Assembly: GCA_014799665.1 (NCBI GenBank)
Contig: JAAVHP010000010.1
Coordinates: forward strand, 1-32,000
DNA length: 32,000 bases
Origin: Clostridiales bacterium
GTDB lineage: Bacteria; Bacillota; Clostridia; Christensenellales; Pumilibacteraceae
Direction: 5' to 3'
Shown: one piece after another, positions 9,560 through 16,648 of the stretch
How the letters are laid out: each line of letters opens with the position of its first letter
Position numbering within the stretch: the first letter of the stretch is position 1
Notes under the pieces: model-generated
Databases searched by the model: none
Told to the model about the DNA's origin: nothing
What the model saw: the letters and a program-made list of their open reading frames with translations, nothing else
Program-made: the position numbers and the translations under genes

Positions 9560-9585
9560 ATAACATATATACGGTTAAATATCAA
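9557..9585 (-). promoter_or_regulatory. sigma-70-type promoter for the LRR operon, overlapping the leuS terminator
   Basis: Minus strand reads TTGATA (9585-9580), a 17-nt spacer, then TATAAT (9562-9557) with TGT immediately upstream (extended -10). Confidence 0.5.
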
Positions 9586-9625
9586 GTAATTTAAGAAATT
9601 AGGATACAGGTCATGAAAGCACTCT

Positions 9626-9661
9626 AATTATCCTTAATTCACAATTCACAAGTCTCAATTA
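9626..9661. repeat. AT-rich heptad array at the leuS stop codon
   Basis: aattatccttaattcacaattcacaagtctcaatta has 7-nt periodicity (CTTAATT CACAATT CACAAGT CTCAATT). It contains the AATTATCCTTA module also seen at 17548 and 27797. Confidence 0.6.
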
Positions 9662-12079
9662 AACCACAATATTCACAAGTCTATCGGGAATAACGATAAC
9701 CTTTTTAGGCATAGCGCCGGCAAGTGCTGCTTTAACCTCATCGTTATCGAGCGCGAACGCCGAAACCTCGTCGCGGCTCATGCCCTGCGGCACGACTATC
9801 TTGCAGCGGATACGCGAATTGATCTGTACGGCGTATTCGGTCGTGGCTTTTACAAGCTTGCTCTCGTCGAACGTCGGGTAGCTTTCGAGGAACACCGATT
9901 TTTTGCCGCCCATCATCTGATTGAGTTCTTCGCAGAAATGCGGTGCGAGCGGCGCCATAAGCTTTACGAGCACCTGCAAAACGTATTTAAGATACGCGGG
10001 GCTGTAACCGCTCTCGCCTCGATACTTGTATGCGGCGTTCACAAGCTCCATGAGCCGAGCCACGGCGGTGTTAAACCCGAACTCGGGAATGTCTTGGAGC
10101 AGCTCTTTAATGCAGTAGTTAAGCTCGTAATCGAGCGCGCCCGCCTTTCCGTCCGCCTTTTCGTCCTTGACTTCCAAAACGAGCCGCTCTATCCTATCCA
10201 TGAACTTGGCGCACGATACGATACCGCCGTCCGACCACGGACCGCCTTCCACGTAATCGAATCCGAACATCAAGTAAAGCCTGAGCGCGTCCGAGCCGTA
10301 CTTTTCTATAAGCGGATCGGCGGACACAACGTTGCCGCGCGTCTTGCTCATGCGGTAGCCGTCGGGACCCAGGATAACGCCCTGGTGAACGAGCCTTTTA
10401 AACGGCTCGTCGAAATCGAGATATTTAAGGTCGTGCAAGACCTTGTTTATAAACCGAGAATACAACAAGTGCGTGCAAGCGTGCTCGGGTCCGCCCACGT
10501 AGCAGTCCACGGGCAGCATGGCGTTGACCGTTTTCTTATTGAACGGCTCGCGGTCGTTATGCGCGTCGGGATAGCGCAGATAGTACCAGCTCGAACAAAC
10601 GAAGGTATCGAGCGTGTCCGTTTCGCGCTTGGCTTTTTTGCCGCAAACGGGGCAAACGGTTTCGACGAACTCGGGGCACTTTGTTAGCGGCGACTTTCCG
10701 TCGGGCGTAAAGTTCACGTCGTACGGCAGCGTTACGGGCAGATCCTTTTCGGGAACGGGCACCGCGCCGCAATGCTCGCAGTAAATAATGGGAATGGGCG
10801 CGCCCCAGTACCGCTGACGGGATACCGACCAGTCACGCATACGGTAATTGACCTTGCGCCCGCCGTGCCCGATCTTAGAAAGCTCGTCCAGAACGGCGAG
10901 CTTACCGTCCGCCGACTTCATACCGTCGAACTTGCCGCTGTTTACCATAACGCCGTACTCGGTATACGGTAATTCACACTCGCCCTTTTCGGCTTTGATG
11001 ACCTGCTTAATGGGCATATTATTCTTTATAGCGAACCCGTAGTCGCGCGTGTCGTGCGCGGCAACGCCCATGACCGCACCCGTGCCGTAAGTGCCTATGC
11101 AGTAATCGGCAATATATACGGGCACTTTCTCGCCGTTAATGGGATTAATGCAGTAGCAACCGAGGAACACGCCCGTCTTTTCCTTGCTGGTGGACGAACG
11201 CTCGATCTCGGACTGTTTGGCTGTTGCAAGCTTGTACGCTTCGACCGCCGCGCGCTGCTCATCGCTTACCAGAATATCCACGTACTTATGCTCGGGCGCA
11301 AGCACCACGTAGCTTACGCCGAACAACGTATCGGCGCGAGTTGTGAACACGGTGATGCTCTTAACGTCGCCGATCGGCTTTTCTAGGTCGAAAACTACTT
11401 CACCGCCCACCGACTTACCTATCCAGTTGCGTTGCATGGTCTTGGTCTTTTCGGGCCAATCGAGCGCGTCGATACCCTCCAAAAGCTTTTCGGCGTAATC
11501 GGTAATCTTAAAGAACCACTGGGTCATTTCCTTATGAACGACCTCTGTCTTGCAACGCTCGCACTTGCCGTCCACTACCTGCTCGTTGGCTATTACCGTT
11601 TGGCAGGACGGACAATAATTGACAGGCGCTTTCTTTTGGTAAGCGAGCCCGTTCTTGTAAAGCTGTAAAAACAGCCACTGCGTCCACTTGTAGTAATCGG
11701 GCGCGCAGGTACGGAACTCATGCGCCCAATCGACCATCGTGCCCATGTCGGCGAGCTGACGCTCCATCGTGGAGATATTGACGTCCGTCGAGTCCTTGGG
11801 GTGAACGCCCGTCTTAATGGCGTAGTTCTCTGCGGGAAGCCCGAACGCGTCGAACCCCATCGGCTGAAAAACGTTATAGCCGCGCATACGCATAAACCGC
11901 GCGTACGAATCGGCAATGCCGTAGTTATACCAATGCCCCATGTGAAGCTTTGCGCCCGACGGGTACGGAAGCATTTCGAGAACGTATTGCTTTTCGCCCT
12001 TCGCCTTGGGATCGAACGTGTTTATACCCGTTTCGTTCCAAATGCCTTGCCATTTCTTTTCGATTTCGTTATGGTTCAT
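9659..12079 (-). CDS. leuS: leucine--tRNA ligase
   Basis: 806 aa with an N-terminus [14 protein letters not shown] typical of LeuRS. It has an HMGH (HIGH-type) motif, an RMSKT (KMSKS-type) loop and CxxC zinc knuckles. GGAGA lies 5 nt upstream of the ATG. Confidence 0.97.
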   Translation of the reverse strand: MNHNEIEKKWQGIWNETGINTFDPKAKGEKQYVLEMLPYPSGAKLHMGHWYNYGIADSYARFMRMRGYNVFQPMGFDAFGLPAENYAIKTGVHPKDSTDVNISTMERQLADMGTMVDWAHEFRTCAPDYYKWTQWLFLQLYKNGLAYQKKAPVNYCPSCQTVIANEQVVDGKCERCKTEVVHKEMTQWFFKITDYAEKLLEGIDALDWPEKTKTMQRNWIGKSVGGEVVFDLEKPIGDVKSITVFTTRADTLFGVSYVVLAPEHKYVDILVSDEQRAAVEAYKLATAKQSEIERSSTSKEKTGVFLGCYCINPINGEKVPVYIADYCIGTYGTGAVMGVAAHDTRDYGFAIKNNMPIKQVIKAEKGECELPYTEYGVMVNSGKFDGMKSADGKLAVLDELSKIGHGGRKVNYRMRDWSVSRQRYWGAPIPIIYCEHCGAVPVPEKDLPVTLPYDVNFTPDGKSPLTKCPEFVETVCPVCGKKAKRETDTLDTFVCSSWYYLRYPDAHNDREPFNKKTVNAMLPVDCYVGGPEHACTHLLYSRFINKVLHDLKYLDFDEPFKRLVHQGVILGPDGYRMSKTRGNVVSADPLIEKYGSDALRLYLMFGFDYVEGGPWSDGGIVSCAKFMDRIERLVLEVKDEKADGKAGALDYELNYCIKELLQDIPEFGFNTAVARLMELVNAAYKYRGESGYSPAYLKYVLQVLVKLMAPLAPHFCEELNQMMGGKKSVFLESYPTFDESKLVKATTEYAVQINSRIRCKIVVPQGMSRDEVSAFALDNDEVKAALAGAMPKKVIVIPDRLVNIVV

Positions 12080-12091
12080 TGTATCTCCGAT

Positions 12092-12141
12092 TAATGCGTA
12101 ATTCGTAATGCGTAATTCGTAATTACGGACCGCTTCGCGGT
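12092..12141. repeat. left arm of the heptad inverted repeat, plus a GC mini-hairpin
   Basis: TAATGCG TAATTCG TAATGCG TAATTCG TAATTACG (7-nt period) is followed by ACCGC-TTC-GCGGT (12129-12141). Nt 12092-12117 are the perfect reverse complement of 12549-12574. Confidence 0.85.
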
Positions 12142-12144
12142 TAA

Positions 12145-12489
12145 TTAATTATTTTGTGTCTTAGTTATTGCCATAAGTATTTTTATTAACTCTTGACATT
12201 CTGAATAAATGCCATTAAAAGCGCCGTCATCGACATAATCACATTCATGTAAAAGTTCCAACCAATACTCGGTTTCGCTTGCCTCTTTCAAAGAAATATT
12301 CAGTTTATTATAAAAATCCGATTTGCTTACGGCACGTATCGCTTCTTTTGCATTTGCACCGATACTTGTACCGCTACGCAAAAGCTGTTTTGACATTATA
12401 AATTCATGTTTTTCGTTTTGAATATCTTTAACGAAATTTACAATGTGTATTGCAAAAATTTTGCTCTTATCGACTATGGCGTTTCCCAT
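12145..12489 (-). CDS. four-helix-bundle protein (23S rRNA intervening-sequence protein / Avd family)
   Basis: 114 aa carrying [15 protein letters not shown] and [14 protein letters not shown], the hallmark blocks of PF05635/TIGR02436. The gene is visibly AT-rich (20 G+C in nt 12181-12240). GAGG lies about 9 nt upstream of the ATG. Confidence 0.85.
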   Translation of the reverse strand: MGNAIVDKSKIFAIHIVNFVKDIQNEKHEFIMSKQLLRSGTSIGANAKEAIRAVSKSDFYNKLNISLKEASETEYWLELLHECDYVDDGAFNGIYSECQELIKILMAITKTQNN

Positions 12490-12512
12490 ACTCTAAAACC
12501 TCGATCATTGAA

Positions 12513-12581
12513 TAATTCGCAATTACGCATTAACTTTAAATTGACCTTAATTACGCATTACGAATTACGCATTACGAATTA
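12513..12581. repeat. right arm of the heptad inverted repeat
   Basis: taattcgcaattacgcattaac ... ttaattacgcattacgaattacgcattacgaatta. A 26-nt perfect complement to the left arm lies at 12549-12574. An alternative 25-nt register pairs 12557-12581 with 12099-12123. Confidence 0.85.
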
Positions 12582-14540
12582 TTATAAATACTGCCACGAC
12601 GGACGCGTAAAGAAGTCTGTTTTAGGTTCGAGGAATTTAAGCGCGTGCGCTTTACCTACCAGCTCGCCCACGGGCTTGAATACGTTATCCCACGAATACA
12701 GCTGCGCGCTCGTAAGCCCCAAATATTCCCGCACCTTTTCGGTAGATACGGGCGCGATCGGGTGCGACAGCGCAGTAGCCGTTTTAATAAGGTGCAGCCC
12801 GTCGATTATCGTTTGCTTGAACTCCGCCTCGTTGAAGTCGTTTTGGAGTTTACTCATTCGCTCGGACAGCGTCTTATTAATATACTTGAAGAATTCTTCG
12901 AGCTCGATCATGACGTCCGCAAACTCGAATCTGTACATACGGTTTTCGTACCGAACGATTTGATCTTCGCACTTTTGCAAGATCTCGGCAGATACGGCGC
13001 CCTGCGGCACGGTATTGTCGCCGTTGTTGTATTTCTGGAACGAATAGAACAGCGTGCGCCCCGCGCGGTTGAGGAAGTTGGTGAACATCGACCATTCTTT
13101 ATATACGGGGTCTCCCTGGTTGGTCGGGTTGGGGTTATACGGCTTGGGCTGGAACGGAACGCTCGCGTTGCCCAGACCCAACCCGAAAAAGTGCGCACGC
13201 AACTGCTCCGCCGAATAGTGCGTCAACAGCTCCTGCGCCATGGGCGGTTTTATCTTGCCGCTGCTGCTCGCCTTGGCGTTAAAGAACAGGATATGTTTAT
13301 TGGGCACTATCGTCGGCATCTTGATATTCCAGTCGTTATCTGAGTTCAACGCCTCGAACAGCGCGCCCTCGGCGAGCGCATAGAAGTAAATATTATCCTC
13401 GCCGATAAACTGATAAACGCCCGCGTCGTCGCTGCACCAGTAATCGCGCCACGCGTCTTTCGGCTTGCCCACGCTTTCGAGATAGGCTTGCGTGAACGAA
13501 ATAGGCGCCCACAGCGATTCGGGCCACACCCAGAACGTGAGGTCTTTCATATCGCCCTCGTCGGGAATTTTCACGCCCCACTCGATATTTCCCGAAATAC
13601 GGAAAGGCACGAGCGTTTTCCCCGTGCGGAAGCGAATGCCGTTTTGAGCGAGCAACGTGCACGCGCTCTCGCGGTCTTTAAGTTTCTCGAATTCTACTTT
13701 GCAATTGTTCTTTTGCTCGTCCGCTTCGCAGGTATATTTAAGCTTGGACTTCGCCAAAATTTTCTCGACGGCTTCTTTGTTTTCGGTTTTGGTATACAGT
13801 GTCGGTTTATTAAGCGACTCTTTGCATACGTTGGTCAAGAACGCGCGGACCTTGGGATCGCCTTCCCATTTCTCTACAAGCTTTTTGAGGTACGGCGCGA
13901 ATTTTTCTATATCCAAATACCAGTTTTTAACGTCTTTAAGCACGGGCGGTTTCCCGGAAAGCGTGCTGACCGGCGCTATCAATTCCTCGGGGAAATACTG
14001 ATGCCCGAGCGAGCATTCGTCGGCGTAAGCCTGTTCGGACTTACAGCCGTTTATGGGGCACCTGCCCACCACTTGTCTGCCGTTGAGGAAGGTGCCGCGC
14101 TCCTCGTCGTAGAACTGCTTGGTGGAGAGCACGGACAACGCGCCGCTTTTGAGTAGCTTTTTAAACACCTCGCGCGACAGCTCGGCGTGCTTTCCGCCGC
14201 CTATCCCGAACGCCGAAGCGCCGAACAGCGACAAGCCTATAAGATAGTTATTGAGCGTATCGTTCTGGCTGTCGTGATTCTTTTTGACGAAATCTATTAT
14301 CGATCCGTCGAACTCGCCCGCAGCCGTAAGCGTGCGGTATTTTTCCACTATCGGCGAGCCGTAGCAATCTGTGCCCGAAACGAATATTACGTTCTCCTCG
14401 CCTATCCTGTCCTTCATGAACCGCGCAAAGACATCGGCGTGAACGAACACACCGCCTATATGCCCGAAATGCAGTTCCTTACTGCCGTAAGGCATACCGC
14501 CGGTTATAACTACGCGTTTGGGAAATTTCGGTCTTTCCAT
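12582..14540 (-). CDS. metG: methionine--tRNA ligase (no C-terminal tRNA-binding appendix; variant KMSKS loop KASSS)
   Basis: 652 aa with an HFGH (HIGH) motif, GTDCYGSPI, and a MetRS-type knuckle GRCPINGCKSEQAYADECSLGH. The blocks FWVWPESLWAPI and YQFIGEDNIYFY parallel E. coli YVWLDAPIGY and FIGKDIVYFH. GGTGGAG RBS. Confidence 0.8.
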   Translation of the reverse strand: MERPKFPKRVVITGGMPYGSKELHFGHIGGVFVHADVFARFMKDRIGEENVIFVSGTDCYGSPIVEKYRTLTAAGEFDGSIIDFVKKNHDSQNDTLNNYLIGLSLFGASAFGIGGGKHAELSREVFKKLLKSGALSVLSTKQFYDEERGTFLNGRQVVGRCPINGCKSEQAYADECSLGHQYFPEELIAPVSTLSGKPPVLKDVKNWYLDIEKFAPYLKKLVEKWEGDPKVRAFLTNVCKESLNKPTLYTKTENKEAVEKILAKSKLKYTCEADEQKNNCKVEFEKLKDRESACTLLAQNGIRFRTGKTLVPFRISGNIEWGVKIPDEGDMKDLTFWVWPESLWAPISFTQAYLESVGKPKDAWRDYWCSDDAGVYQFIGEDNIYFYALAEGALFEALNSDNDWNIKMPTIVPNKHILFFNAKASSSGKIKPPMAQELLTHYSAEQLRAHFFGLGLGNASVPFQPKPYNPNPTNQGDPVYKEWSMFTNFLNRAGRTLFYSFQKYNNGDNTVPQGAVSAEILQKCEDQIVRYENRMYRFEFADVMIELEEFFKYINKTLSERMSKLQNDFNEAEFKQTIIDGLHLIKTATALSHPIAPVSTEKVREYLGLTSAQLYSWDNVFKPVGELVGKAHALKFLEPKTDFFTRPSWQYL

Positions 14541-14565
14541 AAGACTCCACCTTTTTATTACTGCT

Positions 14566-16344
14566 TTATTCCAGTACAGCTTTGATTCTTCTTACACCCG
14601 CACTGCTCGACTGTTCTTTAACTATTCTGAAATGCCCGAGCTCGCCCGTGTGCGAGGCGTGCGGTCCGCCGCATATCTCCATGGAATACTTGCCCATGGT
14701 GTACACCTTGACTTTCTCGCCGTACTTGGACGTGAACAAGCCGACCGCGCCTTTCGCCTTGGCTTCGTCGACCGTCATCTCGTCGCAGGTGATAGTAACG
14801 TCGGCTTTGATCGCCGCGTTGACTTTATCCTCTACCGCCTTGACTTCTTCGGGGGTCATTGCCCGACCGAACGAGAAGTCGAACCTCAGCCGCTCGGGCG
14901 TAATATTACTGCCGCGCTGGTTGACTGTGGGATCGTTGAGCACTTCTTTAAGCGCTTGATGCATAAGGTGGGTCGCGGTATGCAGCCGCGCCGTAAGCTC
15001 TCCCGTATCTGCAAGCCCGCCTTTAAAGCGCTGTTCCGCACCCGCGTGTGAAAGATTGCGGTGCTCCTCGAACCGAGCGTTGAACCCGTCCACGTCCACC
15101 TTGAACCCGCGCTCTTTTGCAAGCTCGACCGTCATTTCGAGCGGGAAGCCGTACGTGTCGTAAAGCCTGAACGCCGACTTGCCGGGAATGGTGTCCGTTT
15201 GAAGGAACTTGACGAGCTTTTCGAACTCCTTCATGCCGTTTTCGAGGGTGCGCTCGAACCGCGCCTGTTCCTCGTCGATTTCGTGCTTTATCTTGTCGCG
15301 CGAAGCCACTAGCTCGGGATAGACCTCGGCGTAAATATCAACTACCACTTCGGCGATCTTTGAGTAATCGCCCGCTTTAAGCCCGATGCCCGAGCCGAAC
15401 CGAATAGCGCGGCGCAGAAGCCTGCGGAGAATATAGCCCTGGTCGACGTTGGACGGCGTAACGCCGCGCTCGTCGCCAATGATAAACGTGGAAGTTCTTA
15501 TATGGTCGGCGACGACGCGAATGGCCTTTACTTTCGTTTCGTCGTTCACGCTCGCGCCCGAAAGCTCCTCTATCTTTTTGACGATAGGCACGAACACGTC
15601 GGTGTCGTATACCGACTTCAAGCCCTGAACGTTCATTATAGCGCGTTCCAAGCCCATGCCCGTATCTACGTTCTTTTGTTTGAGCGGAGTGAAGCTGCCG
15701 TCGGCGTTCTTGTTGAACTCCATGAACACGTCGTTCCAAACCTCGATATACTTGCCGCAATCGCACGCGGGCGAGCAGGTATCGCTGCACTTGGGCTTAC
15801 CCGTGTCGAAGAACATTTCGGTGTCCGAGCCGCATGGACCGGTCTGACCTGCAGGGCCCCACCAGTTATGCTTTTTGCCGAGGAAGAAGATATTTTCTTT
15901 CTTGATCCCGCATTTTTCCCACAATGCTGCGGTCTTTTCGTCGCGCGGGCAGTCTTTATCGCCCTCGAACACAGTGACGGCGAGCCGATCGGGATCGAGC
16001 TTTAACACCTTAGTCAAGAACTCGTAGCTCCACGGCACCATCTCGTCCTTAAAGTAATCGCCGAGCGACCAGTTGCCGAGCATTTCGAAGAACGTGCAGT
16101 GCGCCGCGTCGCCTACCTCGTCGATATCGCCCGTGCGCACGCATTTCTGCGAATCGCAAAGCCTTTTACCCGCAGGGTGCGGCTGACCCAAAAGGTACGG
16201 AACGAGCGGGTGCATTCCCGCCGTCGTGAACAGAACGGTGGGGTCGTTTTCGGGAATGAGCGACGCCGACGAAATGGGCGTGTGTCCGCGCTCGATGAAA
16301 AAGTCCATCCATTTTTTTCTGAGCTCTTTGCTTGTAAGTTTCAT
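14566..16344 (-). CDS. alaS: alanine--tRNA ligase, compact 592-aa form lacking the C-Ala domain
   Basis: I start it at ATG 16344 (MKLTSKELRKKWMDFF...), with GGAG 7 nt upstream. AlaRS core blocks are present: FTTAGM, FFEMLGNWSLGDYFK, GPCGSDTEMFFD, VDTGMGLER. Editing motifs are HTATH (aa 455-459) and CGGPH (aa 558-562). The protein ends at GVRRIKAVLE. Confidence 0.9.
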   Translation of the reverse strand: MKLTSKELRKKWMDFFIERGHTPISSASLIPENDPTVLFTTAGMHPLVPYLLGQPHPAGKRLCDSQKCVRTGDIDEVGDAAHCTFFEMLGNWSLGDYFKDEMVPWSYEFLTKVLKLDPDRLAVTVFEGDKDCPRDEKTAALWEKCGIKKENIFFLGKKHNWWGPAGQTGPCGSDTEMFFDTGKPKCSDTCSPACDCGKYIEVWNDVFMEFNKNADGSFTPLKQKNVDTGMGLERAIMNVQGLKSVYDTDVFVPIVKKIEELSGASVNDETKVKAIRVVADHIRTSTFIIGDERGVTPSNVDQGYILRRLLRRAIRFGSGIGLKAGDYSKIAEVVVDIYAEVYPELVASRDKIKHEIDEEQARFERTLENGMKEFEKLVKFLQTDTIPGKSAFRLYDTYGFPLEMTVELAKERGFKVDVDGFNARFEEHRNLSHAGAEQRFKGGLADTGELTARLHTATHLMHQALKEVLNDPTVNQRGSNITPERLRFDFSFGRAMTPEEVKAVEDKVNAAIKADVTITCDEMTVDEAKAKGAVGLFTSKYGEKVKVYTMGKYSMEICGGPHASHTGELGHFRIVKEQSSSAGVRRIKAVLE

Positions 16345-16373
16345 GATTATTCTCCGAACTATTTTCTTCCTTC

Positions 16374-16509
16374 TTTGAAAAGAAGGAAGCGAAGAAACTT
16401 TTAAGTTGGGGTTAATGTGGTTTACGTTGCTTTTTCTTCCTGTCATTCTGAACGTTAGCGAAGAATCTCTGCCGCTTTTGAAAAGAAGTAAGCAAGAAAA
16501 CTTTAAGTT
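16374..16509. repeat. pair of ~33-nt direct repeats in the alaS upstream region
   Basis: 16374-16407 is tttgaaaagaaggaagcgaagaaacttttaagtt. 16477-16509 is tttgaaaagaagtaagcaagaaaactttaagtt. Copy 1 forms the 10-bp hairpin CTTCCTTCTT/AAGAAGGAAG (16366-16389) just upstream of the alaS RBS. Confidence 0.7.
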
Positions 16510-16538
16510 ATAATATTTTCAAAAAATTCGACCGCAAC

Positions 16539-16647
16539 GTTCGGCAAAGCCGAACATATCACGCGGCGAACGCCGCATTTCACAACCGCAAACGGTTATA
16601 TCATATACGCCTTAGCGTATATATCACTGCGCAACGCAACATTGCGC
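16539..16647. repeat. array of five different GC-rich hairpins joined by a conserved 7-nt linker
   Basis: H1 16539-16555 (7 bp, AAA loop); H2 16563-16576 (5 bp, GAAC); H3 16584-16597 (5 bp, CAAA); H4 16605-16620 (6-8 bp, CTTA); H5 16629-16647 (6 bp). The linkers are atatcac, atttcac, atatcat and atatcac. Confidence 0.8.
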
Positions 16648-16648
16648 T

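Noticed and set aside
12145-12489. Diversity-generating retroelement, since the four-helix-bundle protein belongs to the Avd family.
   Set aside because: The window contains no reverse transcriptase ORF and no template/variable repeat pair, and the neighbouring genes are housekeeping aaRS genes.
12582-14540. MetRS as a pseudo-enzyme because KMSKS reads KASSS.
   Set aside because: K-x-S-x-S type variants of this loop occur in functional MetRS of several bacterial lineages, as far as I recall. The HIGH motif, zinc knuckle and anticodon-binding region all look intact.
16345-16446. 34-codon N-terminal extension of alaS (track start 16446). The same issue applies to the TTG extensions at 9501..9530 and 17492..17503.
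   Set aside because: None of the extended starts has an RBS. Internal ATGs at 16344, 9500 and 17491 each have a well-spaced GGAG/GAGG/GGAGG and give N-termini matching the families (MKLTSKELRKKW for AlaRS, MKILVTGGSG for the SDR).
16539-16647. CRISPR array.
   Set aside because: The units are only 21-24 nt. The conserved part is a 7-nt linker and the variable parts are themselves palindromic. There are no cas genes in the window.
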